NCBI GenBank assembly: GCA_040767105.1
Contig: JAXGPE010000007.1
Span: forward strand, 2,465-66,464
Length of the DNA: 64,000 nt
Reading direction: 5' to 3'
From: Peptococcaceae bacterium
Lineage (GTDB): Bacteria > Bacillota > Peptococcia > DRI-13 > PHAD01
Shown here piece by piece: positions 20,747 through 29,469 of this stretch. The number at the start of each line of letters is the position of its first letter. Position 1 is the first letter of the stretch. The position numbers were made by a program, and so were the translations under genes. The notes under the pieces are model-generated. The model ran no database searches, was not told the origin of the DNA, and saw nothing but the letters and a program-made list of their open reading frames with translations.

Positions 20747-21031
20747 TTATACGACCAGTTCATGCAATCTGTTCGCTGCGACTTCATAGTCCTCCTCTTT
20801 AGCAACGCTCAACACGTTATTGGTCAGGCTATATGATGATATATCTGCGCAAGCAGAACTGCAACCATTTATAACTATAAACATATCAAACTCTGAAAGG
20901 TCTTGGATATATTTAAAAATAACTCTGCCCTCAAACTCTTTGATCATTCTTTTTACGAAGGCGACCCGGTCAAATCGAGGATTACAACCCCCGCAATATT
21001 TTATGCCCACAACAGGTAGCTTTTTAGTCAT
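20747..21031 (-). CDS. Small Cys-motif protein (KYCGGCNP...GCSSAC), function unknown
   Basis: 94-aa ORF overlapping the NifU-like gene; four Cys in two motifs. Confidence 0.75.
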   Translation of the reverse strand: MTKKLPVVGIKYCGGCNPRFDRVAFVKRMIKEFEGRVIFKYIQDLSEFDMFIVINGCSSACADISSYSLTNNVLSVAKEEDYEVAANRLHELVV

Positions 21032-21323
21032 TCTTGATCCTCAACATTTTTTTAGCCATATCTAATATTTCTTCACTGATCGTGTTATCAATAATTACCT
21101 TCTTTATTTCAGGCAATTCCTTTTTAAGTGCATTTTCGATTATGTTTTCAACTGTATGATTTGCCGACGGGCAATTACTGCACTGCCCAAGCAATCTTAT
21201 GCTGACATTGCCTTCATCTACCCGGAGCAATTTAACGCCACCATAATGTTTTTCTAAATATGGACGCACTTCTTTATCCAATATATCTTCAATTCTTTTT
21301 ACTATTTTCTGATCCATGATCAT
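21024..21323 (-). CDS. NifU-like (Nfu C-terminal domain) Fe-S carrier protein
   Basis: VRPYLEKHYGGVKLL...LLGQCSNCPSANHT. Confidence 0.88.
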   Translation of the reverse strand: MIMDQKIVKRIEDILDKEVRPYLEKHYGGVKLLRVDEGNVSIRLLGQCSNCPSANHTVENIIENALKKELPEIKKVIIDNTISEEILDMAKKMLRIKND

Positions 21324-21349
21324 CCCCCATATTAAGAACGAAAAAACCC

Positions 21350-21382
21350 AAAAGAGGGGTAAGATGCTCACCCCTCTTTTTA
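21350..21382 (-). terminator. Hairpin between abfD and the NifU-like gene (terminator or RNA stabiliser)
   Basis: AAAAGAGGGGT...ACCCCTCTTTT. Confidence 0.6.
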
Positions 21383-21392
21383 TTTCTAAATG

Positions 21393-22862
21393 CTACTTCT
21401 TATTTTGAGCCTCATCAATCTTTGCTATTCTCTTAGCCAACTCTTTTTTCTGTGGTAAATTACCCTGCCTCGAGATCATGATCCTTTGTGCCTGCGGGGA
21501 ACCTGCTCCATGCAAGGACTCTGTGCGATAGCCTACCGCTGCTGTTCCCAGCGTAAGGTTCTCGATCAGGCGAAGTACCCTCATGCGATTTTCAGTGGAA
21601 ACGCTCGCAACGCCTTTCAGATATTTATCGATATATTTACCGATGACCGGATCACGGAAGTCTTTTTCCGAAGGCATGGTAACCATTAAACCTCCGGCGA
21701 TATCTTCAGCCAGCCTGGTAATTTCATACGGGAACCTTGTAACATTTTGCTTGCAAACATTGGCAAGTAATAAATCGATCTGGTAGTTGCCAGCCGCCGT
21801 TTTATGTCCTTCAGCCGAAGCGGCTATCCCGCAGCAATAAAGAGTTTCATTCAAATGGATCATTTCTACAAGCTTATCCTTTACGTGCGAAGCCTTGTGA
21901 GCTCCGTTGTAATCAGCAGCAAGAGCCGAAGCGCCAATAAGAACATCACCGACACCAACTTTGCAGCCTCCATAGCTCGAACGATGATATCCGGCAAATC
22001 TTTCTACAAGCATATTGGCGAATTCTGTCTCTCCATTCAAGAAAATCTTGTCATTAGGCACAAAAACATTGTCGAATACCATCAATGCTTCATGTCCACC
22101 ATATTGGCTGTTTCCTAAGTCGATATCTGCACCTGGTTCCAGTTTTCTTGTATCACATGATTGTCTTCCATAAATCATAAACAGACCTTCGACATCGGAC
22201 GGCACGGCAAAAGAAATTGCATAGTCTTTATCTTCCGGACGCATGGAGATAGTGGGCATTACAACTACTTCCTGCGAATTTATTATACCGGTCTGGTGGA
22301 CCTTTGCTCCTCTTACAACAACCCCATCGGGTCTTCTTTCGACGACTCTGAGGAAGAGATCAGGATCAGCCTGTTCACAGGGCCCTAATCCACGGTCTCC
22401 CTTAGGATCAGTCATTGCTCCGTCAACAGTATAGTCTTTTTCCTGGATCATTTTCCAATAGTTTACAAAGTTTTCCGCATACTTTGTTCCACAGGCTTTA
22501 TCAACTTCATATGTTGTGCTGTACAAGGCATTGGCGGCATCAAGTCCAACACACCTTTGAAAACATGTCGCGGTTTTCTGCCCCAGCAGACGCATCATTT
22601 TGATTTTTTTGATCAAATCCTCTGTGCTTTGATGAAGATGTGTAAAGCGATTTATTTTCTTACCGGTCAAATTTGATGTTGCTGTCATTAAATCCTCATA
22701 CTCCGGCTGATTAGCCAGCTCATAAGTCATTGCGACCGAATTCATTGATGGTCTGATGATTGGATGATCCACGGGGCTTTTGATTAATTCGCCAAAAAGA
22801 TATACCTTAATGTTCAGCCTGCGCAAACTCTCGATGTATTGTTCCCTGGTCATTAAAGACAT
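21393..22862 (-). CDS. abfD: 4-hydroxybutyryl-CoA dehydratase / vinylacetyl-CoA isomerase
   Basis: TATCFQRCVGLD, GAMTDPKGDR, YHRSSYGGCKVGVGD (Fe-S ligands), ESLHGAGSPQAQR. Confidence 0.95.
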   Translation of the reverse strand: MSLMTREQYIESLRRLNIKVYLFGELIKSPVDHPIIRPSMNSVAMTYELANQPEYEDLMTATSNLTGKKINRFTHLHQSTEDLIKKIKMMRLLGQKTATCFQRCVGLDAANALYSTTYEVDKACGTKYAENFVNYWKMIQEKDYTVDGAMTDPKGDRGLGPCEQADPDLFLRVVERRPDGVVVRGAKVHQTGIINSQEVVVMPTISMRPEDKDYAISFAVPSDVEGLFMIYGRQSCDTRKLEPGADIDLGNSQYGGHEALMVFDNVFVPNDKIFLNGETEFANMLVERFAGYHRSSYGGCKVGVGDVLIGASALAADYNGAHKASHVKDKLVEMIHLNETLYCCGIAASAEGHKTAAGNYQIDLLLANVCKQNVTRFPYEITRLAEDIAGGLMVTMPSEKDFRDPVIGKYIDKYLKGVASVSTENRMRVLRLIENLTLGTAAVGYRTESLHGAGSPQAQRIMISRQGNLPQKKELAKRIAKIDEAQNKK

Positions 22863-22908
22863 ACTATCCCTTCCTTTCGCATAAACCATTTTGATATTTT
22901 TATATACA

Positions 22909-22924
22909 TGCAATTAGTATACCA
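22909..22924 (-). promoter_or_regulatory. Sigma-54 (-24/-12) promoter of abfD
   Basis: TGGTATACTAATTGCA on minus strand: GG-N10-GC, 47 nt upstream of the abfD start, next to a sigma54 activator gene. Confidence 0.8.
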
Positions 22925-23045
22925 ATATACTTGACCCAGGTTTTGATATTATATTTTTCTAAAATAATCTGCTTTGTTGCCTCACTTAGCTCCATTTTTT
23001 ATTTTCAGCTTCAGCGATAAAGCTGCCCGGTCAATCAATAAGTTT

Positions 23046-23060
23046 ATTGCATTATTGCAA
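23046..23060. promoter_or_regulatory. Candidate upstream activator site for the adjacent enhancer-binding protein
   Basis: Palindrome TTGCA-TTAT-TGCAA about 120 bp upstream of the sigma54 promoter; related half-sites near 23130-23160. Confidence 0.45.
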
Positions 23061-23146
23061 CGTCATGAATATTTATAACTATCCAAACAGGTCTAATCCC
23101 TACCCTTAATGAAATTTTCTATTGTGCGCATATTTGCATCATTATT

Positions 23147-24883
23147 TCATTTTTGCAACATTCTTTCACGCATTTTCTTGCGTTTACGTACATAAGTTGC
23201 AGCATCTATTTCCAAAGCTTTAGCAGCTTCTCTGACATTACCGTATTTATCATAAGCTTTTTCTATAAGCTGCTCTTCTATTCTATTCACGGCAGCGCGC
23301 AAGGGCAAAATATCCTCAATATAGGGAACTCTTATATCCGACATGGAATGTTGGATATGCTGAGGCAAATCATCTTTGCCGATTATGTTTCCTGCACTCA
23401 TAACAAATACCCGTTCAACAATATTCTTTAATTCTCTGACATTGCCCGGCCAATCGTATTCATATAGATATTTCAATGCGTCAGCTCCAAAACCTTTTCT
23501 CAATTTATACTTATTGTTTACCTCCGCCAAGAAGTGTCTTAACAACGGTATTATGTCCTGCTTTCTTTCCCGCAAAGGCGGTATGGTTATAGGAACAACA
23601 TTGAGCCGATAATATAGATCCTCCCTGAATTTTTTCTGCCTGACAAGTTCTTCAAGATTCCGGTTGGTTGCGGCAATAATTCTTACATCAACTTTGACTG
23701 GCTTTGATCCTCCGATACGTTTGATTTCGTGTTCCTGCAACACCCTCAATAATTTGATTTGAACGGCAAGACTCAGCTCACCGACCTCATCTAAAAATAC
23801 CGTCCCGCCGTCGGCTACTTCAAATAAACCAATTTTGCCTGTTTCGCTGGCTCCGGTAAAAGAACCTTTTTCATACCCAAACATTTCCATTTCTATAAGA
23901 CTTTCAGGCATCGCCCCACAGTTTATACTAATAAAAGGCTTGTCTTTACGCAGACCGTTCTTATATATCAATTTAGCGATTTCCTCTTTGCCTACGCCTG
24001 TTTCCCCAAGCAAAATGACCGTAACGTCTGTTGGCGCAACTTTTTTTGCTGTTTGCATCACCTGAAGCATTTTCATATCTTCAGCGATTATATCCTCACT
24101 ATCCAATAGCTGCTTTCGGATCTCCTGTATCTCTAGATAATACTTATTGGCCAGTCTTTCTTTTTCTTCCAGTTCCTCTTTGAGTTCATAAAGCTCGGTA
24201 ATATCTCTTACATTGGTCACCACCATAGTGATCGATCCCTCGCTATCGAAAATAGGTGTAGAAGTGACCAATGCCTTTTTCCCCGTCTTAAAGCTCTGTT
24301 GGATCGTATTCGTCTTTTTATTTCTGAGAACCAGAACTGTAGCTGATTCGGAAAGATATCCTTCCCGAACAAGATCTTCGGTTTTTCTGCCGATTATCTC
24401 TTCTCTTTTCAGGCCGGTTATGCGTTCATATGCTTTATTCACCCTTAAGGTGACCGCTTCTCCGTCGGTAATATATATACCATCATATGACGATTCGATC
24501 ACATCATCCATTTTTGACCAGATCTTATGCGTTGTCATAAGTTGATTAAGCAATTCCTCCTTGGGAGTCACATCGTATATAAGCAATATGGCACACCGCC
24601 GGTTTTGATGATCAAGCAAAGGTATCAATTCAACATCAAGTACTTTATCAGAAATGTATATTCTGCCGATAGCCGGTTTTTTGCGTTTTGATAAAAACAG
24701 CGCCTGCATATCTCGGGGAAATATTTGTTTAACATTCTTGCCGAGCAAGTTCTCTTTTGGTTCATGCAATAGATTTGCAGCCAAAGCGTTGCAAGAAGTT
24801 ATCATGTTGTTTTTTTCTATAAATATTGTACCTACTGTTGAAGATTTGGCAAAAGTTTCGGAAATAACGCGCGCAAGATCCAA
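23147..24883 (-). CDS. Sigma-54-dependent transcriptional activator with PAS domains (PAS-PAS-AAA+-HTH)
   Basis: GETGVGKE, GSFTGA, FLDEVGEL, FREDLYYRLNV, WPGNVRELKN. Confidence 0.93.
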   Translation of the reverse strand: MDLARVISETFAKSSTVGTIFIEKNNMITSCNALAANLLHEPKENLLGKNVKQIFPRDMQALFLSKRKKPAIGRIYISDKVLDVELIPLLDHQNRRCAILLIYDVTPKEELLNQLMTTHKIWSKMDDVIESSYDGIYITDGEAVTLRVNKAYERITGLKREEIIGRKTEDLVREGYLSESATVLVLRNKKTNTIQQSFKTGKKALVTSTPIFDSEGSITMVVTNVRDITELYELKEELEEKERLANKYYLEIQEIRKQLLDSEDIIAEDMKMLQVMQTAKKVAPTDVTVILLGETGVGKEEIAKLIYKNGLRKDKPFISINCGAMPESLIEMEMFGYEKGSFTGASETGKIGLFEVADGGTVFLDEVGELSLAVQIKLLRVLQEHEIKRIGGSKPVKVDVRIIAATNRNLEELVRQKKFREDLYYRLNVVPITIPPLRERKQDIIPLLRHFLAEVNNKYKLRKGFGADALKYLYEYDWPGNVRELKNIVERVFVMSAGNIIGKDDLPQHIQHSMSDIRVPYIEDILPLRAAVNRIEEQLIEKAYDKYGNVREAAKALEIDAATYVRKRKKMRERMLQK

Positions 24884-24958
24884 AAGAGAAACCCTCCTTT
24901 ACCGCAATGGTTTTACTCCTTATATTTTAACTTTTTTTCATTTTGGTGAACTAAATGA

Positions 24959-25310
24959 TCATCCTTTTTGCTTGTATAATTCTTTACCCTGAGCGATTAT
25001 TTTCTCTTCGCATATTTTTCTTAATAATTCAAGTTCTTCAGCATAATCGGCGTCAGTAAACTCATCTTTATGTTCGAGCTCCTCATAAATAATGATATCG
25101 AAATTATCTTCGCCCATGCTTTTCCATTCCTTCTGCAATTCTTTGTTGGTATAAATCCGACCTGCAGGCGTTTTGTGCCGTTGATGCCAATCCTTCGTTT
25201 GCTGTAAAAGCATTTATTATTTAGCTTGCAACAAGCTGCGAATATACCACACCTTTGGTTTTTCTGTTCTTATATTGCTCGGTCAACTCTTTTTTACGCT
25301 GTGCATCCAT
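24959..25310 (-). CDS. Small GIY-YIG-like protein (frameshifted)
   Basis: MDAQRKKELTEQYKNRKTKG(G)VY... then NKELQKEWKSMGEDNFDIIIYEEL...DYAEELELL. Confidence 0.6.
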
Positions 25311-25411
25311 ATTATCTTTCTTCCTTTCTCAATATCACTTATTCAATGCTAATGCTTGTTTGTTCTCTTTGTCAATAAATTATACTTATTCGATAAGTCC
25401 ACGCGTAAAAC

Positions 25412-25440
25412 AAAAAGAGGAGTGCAGCTGCGCTCCTCTT
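25412..25440 (-). terminator. Terminator downstream of tRNA-Val
   Basis: AAGAGGAGCGCAGCTGCACTCCTCTTTTT on minus strand. Confidence 0.7.
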
Positions 25441-25467
25441 CCCAAATCCTTGTTTTGTAAATACCTA

Positions 25468-25544
25468 TGGTGGGCGGTAATGGACTCGAACCATCGACCC
25501 CTACGATGTCAACGTAGTACTCTAACCAGCTGAGCTAACCGCCC
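25468..25544 (-). tRNA. tRNA-Val (GAC)
   Basis: 77-nt cloverleaf GGGCGGTTAGCTCAGCTGGTTAGAG...CTACG-TTGACAT-CGTAG...GGTTCGAGTCC...ACCA; CCA encoded. Confidence 0.97.
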
Positions 25545-25572
25545 ATTAAAAGTTCTTGGCGAACTAAATATT

Positions 25573-25601
25573 ATTATAGAGGGGCCCATCTTTCTTGTCA
25601 A
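25573..25601 (-). promoter_or_regulatory. SigA promoter of tRNA-Val
   Basis: TTGACA-17 nt-TATAAT. Confidence 0.85.
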
Positions 25602-25616
25602 ATTTAATAATAAAAA

Positions 25617-25645
25617 TTGAAAATATCCTTTAACCTTGCTATAAT
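25617..25645 (+). promoter_or_regulatory. SigA promoter (extended -10) of the tRNA-His-like RNA
   Basis: TTGAAA-17 nt-TATAAT, with TG one base before the -10 box. Confidence 0.75.
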
Positions 25646-25663
25646 GGGTTCGAGCACATCATG

Positions 25664-25736
25664 AGGGATTGTGGTGTAGAGGTTGCACTCAGGTACGTGG
25701 CACCTGATTACGTGGGTTCGATTCCCACCTATCTCT
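25664..25736 (+). ncRNA. Non-canonical tRNA-His-like RNA (anticodon GTG)
   Basis: Cloverleaf: GGGATTG/CTATCTC acceptor, GTG/CAC D-stem, CAGGT-ACGTGGC-ACCTG anticodon arm, GTGGG-TTCGATT-CCCAC T-arm; A32/C33, A-1:U73, no CCA. Confidence 0.7.
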
Positions 25737-25789
25737 CTTGGCGTTGGCTTAAAACCCTTTTAAACCCTTTATGGGAACATTTTTTGTCC

Positions 25790-26568
25790 AAAAAGGTTTA
25801 TTCTGCCTGTATAACTCTGTGAAGCATGGTAAAAAAGAAATCCTTCCTGGCATACTTCATTTTTTATTTTATTGATATCCAATCCTGAATAATCATCATT
25901 CTCATACAAAATAAAGTTTTAAATTTTCATCGCTTATGCGTTTCAATCTCCTCTTTATAATGCTGACCCAGGCGGCGCTTTTCTTCTTTTTCTAAAGGTG
26001 GATTCTCTGCTTACATATCCCGTCAATGAGCCCCGCTGTATAAAGACAAACTTCTTCCACCCCGTTGTTTTGGATCAATAAGCCTTGAGGGTGGCGCTGG
26101 TTTATTTTTTGAATAATTTCTATTAAGGCTAATATTATTTCGTTTTTTTCTGATCTAGAGAACATTGGTGATTCAATATCAGCCATTGTATCAAGAAATA
26201 TACCGTCATAACCTGCATGATATAGTTCGCTTGCCTTATTCAACAAAATCCTGCTCCAGTTTTTGGATCTAGGATCAGCAAGGCTTGCGGCATATTTTTC
26301 GTTACGTAGGATCAAATCATTTCTTTTAAGGAGATCCGCTTGTCCGAGCAACATTTTTCTCTCTGGTATAATCAGCGACCTCGATAACACTCATGTAGGC
26401 AATACAGACTGTATTATTCTCTTTTAACCATCTGACGCTTTCAGCTGATTGTCCTGGGATTCCAAAATGGCAATGTCAAAATTAGCTGCTTCTTTTTCTT
26501 GTCCGTGTCCATAATAAAGCACCGCCAGTATCTGCTTCTGCAAAGCGTTTCCCAAGTATTTTCAACAT
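25790..26568 (-). CDS. Endo-alpha-1,4-polygalactosaminidase-like hydrolase (GH114 / PelA hydrolase-like), heavily frameshifted
   Basis: YYGHGQEKEAANFDIAILE, IAYMSVIEV, DPRSKNW, GYDGIFLDT, LLIQNNG, IDGIC; 3' end approximate. Confidence 0.75.
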
Positions 26569-26582
26569 GCTCCCGTTTGATA

Positions 26583-28425
26583 TCATAATTTCGGTCCCAT
26601 CCTATACAGAAACTCAGTATATACCATACAGCTGCGGCATGTATTTCCGTGTCTTTCACAAAGAACTCCTTCATTTTCCCAGCAATTTGTTCCCGGATTA
26701 TTAAAAGCCGGGCAATGCTTGCAGACGCTTTTGGGCGAGCAGCGGATCTCCCAGCATTTACCCAACGATCTGCCTCTGATTTCTGGTCTGGCCTGTTTTT
26801 TTGCGAACCAGTTGATCAAAGCATCAACTGCCTCAGTATCCAGCTGAGTTCCGGAAGCACTTTTCAGCAAGTCTATCGCCTCGGCGAAAGGCAATGGCTC
26901 ACGATATCTGCGGCCGCTTATTTTAGCTAAAAATGTCTGCACCACAGCAATGATTTTTGAACCTACAGGTATTTGTTCGCCCTTGATACCCTTGGGATAT
27001 CCGTATCCATCTATCTCATGATAACGGATGTAATCGGCGACCCTTTATTCGGTATTGTAGCTTTAATCAAGCCCCAACCTCCGCGTGCATTTTCATCTTG
27101 TCATATTCTGCTTCTGTGTATTTTCACATTTAAAGAGCAGTTCATTTGAAAACCAAGAACTCCGATATTGCCCCAGCAGCAGCCAATACCACATCTTTGA
27201 TGATCCTTCTTCTAAATTCATTTCGCAGGCGATGATACCGGCATACTTGGCCATAAGTTCAGAATATCCTACAGTATAAGGCTCAAGGTTATCAATCGTT
27301 TCTGCCATTAGCTTCAGTGTTTCAAGATATGATTCTGCAAGTTTTTGTATTTATTTTTGGCTGTCAAAGATCGGCTAAACGCTTCATCATTAAATGCAAT
27401 CCACGATAAAACGATGAGTTCTGCAAGGATATCATTGTACCAAAATGCCGCTATGCCCTTGTTCTTCTGTGTGGGTATATTTACAAGTATAACTCAACTC
27501 TATACCATGCTTGATCAGATGCTCCGGAAGAGTATAAAAATCGCGGTCTTTTTGTTCAGGATGCGGATCTGTCTTCCAAGTCCCAACGGCTCAGTTTGTG
27601 TATTCAGCGGTGTTGCGCATCATCACAACCTGCTCTGCTCTGTTTTTTACAAGTCTTCGTTGTTTTTCTTCTGCGATAATAAATCCTCCACCCGGCAGCT
27701 CCAATCATTTTTGCTGTTAAATTGATCAACAAGCGGCGTTGCCGACAAAATCTGTTAACTGTCACACTCAGGCTGTGAATAACGGCGCTTGGTACCTGTG
27801 ATCATGAACTCTGTTTTGGAGATCATCAAGATCATCGATCATTTTAGCTGAGTTACCAGCACCCGGCAAGCGTATTGTAGCCTTTTCCTGATTTTAGAAT
27901 TTTCTTTACCGGGACTATTTGGACAAGTCCTATATCCTCCAAAAGTATATTTAATAAATTTGACCGTATTTGATTATTGATATAAGCTTGAATATTTTTT
28001 GTTTTCATATCCTCAATTGCTTGGGAATATATTTATCTTTATAAGACAATAGACCACTGTATAGGTGATATATCAGTCATCTTCCTCCTGGTGCCTGATG
28101 TAGTACATATTGATCATTTCTTTTGTCGTAAAGGTAAAAAAAAGTATCAGGGCTCCAACTAAGGTTCGGAAAAATATCCAATACCGAACAAAGCATTTTG
28201 TCTAATCCCTCTTACATTAATACAAGTTCGGAATGGACCATTTTCAATATCTTGTGTTTTTCGATGTGTTTGGACTTTTTATGACTGACAACAACTACGA
28301 TCAAAGCAAAAATAATAATATCAGCTATAATGATCGAAATATTATTAGCTGGCAAGTTTGCGATAAAATCTTCGATGTTTTGATCGACCCAAAAATAGTC
28401 CCCAAAAACTACTAATTTTTTGCAT
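26583..28425 (-). CDS. Membrane-anchored degenerate HD-GYP protein with a C-terminal Cys-rich two-CW domain (heavily frameshifted)
   Basis: ATG 28425 after GAAGGGGG; TM IIIADIIIFALIVVVV; LEPYTVGYSELMAKYA; L.GNIGV in place of LHDIG; DGYGYPKGIKGEQIPVGSKIIAVVQTF; SGTQLD; CWE..C..CPA..NCWE..C..C..C. The link between the N-terminal TM and the HD part is inferred across frameshifts. Confidence 0.7.
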
Positions 28426-28429
28426 CGCT

Positions 28430-28782
28430 TTCCCCCTTCGCTTTTTTCAGATGCCTGTGCACATATTGTATCGCCATTTGTTAGTCAACTCGTTCAGCGT
28501 TCTTGTTTGAGATTTGGATGGATTGCTGCAGGATTACATCAATAACACTGCAATGCTCACGAATAAAAAACAGAAGGGTCGGCGGATAATCCACTCCAAC
28601 CAGCTCAGCAACGATGATCAGAGTGTTCGGCATAAAGGATAGGATCAGAATCAACAAAAGCCCCGCCAAACCATAGCATAGAAGTTCCTCTCGTTGATCT
28701 TTCTTCGGACGAGCAGAGCGCCTATTGCAACTACCAAGATGACACCGATAATCGCGGCCACCAGACGTGTTATAGGACTCAT
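28430..28782 (-). CDS. DUF2304-family small membrane protein (GacJ/Rv3632-like), frameshifted
   Basis: Directly downstream of a GT2; AELVGVDYPPTLLFF and SIQIS motifs followed by a short coiled coil. Confidence 0.7.
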
Positions 28783-29469
28783 TGTTTTGCCTCCTTGGTA
28801 GATTTCGAACGTATAATAATGACCAAAATACTTATAAGCATTTAAAGATATAATACGCTGGTCACAGGCCCAGAATGCGCCACTCCTCCTTCCTGCTCTA
28901 ATATTAGCAAGGAAACTCCTTTACTTTAAAAACCGCGCAGGATCATTCCGATAAAAATATCAGCATCAGGATAATCATAAAGGAAATTACCCATCATTGC
29001 GTAATACTTAAACACCTCTCTTCTCAAGCCTTGCAGCCCGAGGATGGTTATCCTCACTTTTGTTGCCATAAAGATTATCAGCGAAAAAGAATTGTGCTGT
29101 TCTTTTCATAAAACCAGTTCTAAAATCACCTTTGCCCAAAACCTTGAGCCAACTACTATATCAGCATTTTCTCCATCCATTATATCCAGCAGCTGAGATA
29201 TCTCGGTCATGCTGCCCGTCTGCATCGAACTGAATTACCCTCATAGCCGCGGGCACAAGCATACTTAAACCAGTCTGTAATGCTGCCCATGGCAAATTAT
29301 ACGGAAGCGCTATAACCTCCAAACCGGCCTCTTTGGCCTTTTTAACCGTTCGATCAGTGGATCCGTCGCGACTAAAAGTATATCGATCGGATAATTAAAT
29401 TTGCAGTTCCACAATGACTACTCGATACTTTTTCTTCATTCAGGGCTGGAATGATCAAGATTTTTCCAT
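28780..29469 (-). CDS. GT2 glycosyltransferase, polyprenol-phosphate sugar synthase (DPM1/GacI/PpgS-like), heavily frameshifted
   Basis: Manual fragments: IIPALNEE, DGSTDRTVKKAKEAG, AALQTGF.YA, QFDADGQH, ADIVVGSR, YDYPDADI. Confidence 0.75.

Noticed and set aside
25664-25736. tRNA-like RNA as a Y RNA (YrlA) or tmRNA fragment
   Set aside because: No Ro60/rsr gene nearby, and the full anticodon arm is present with close similarity to tRNA-His; no tmRNA features.
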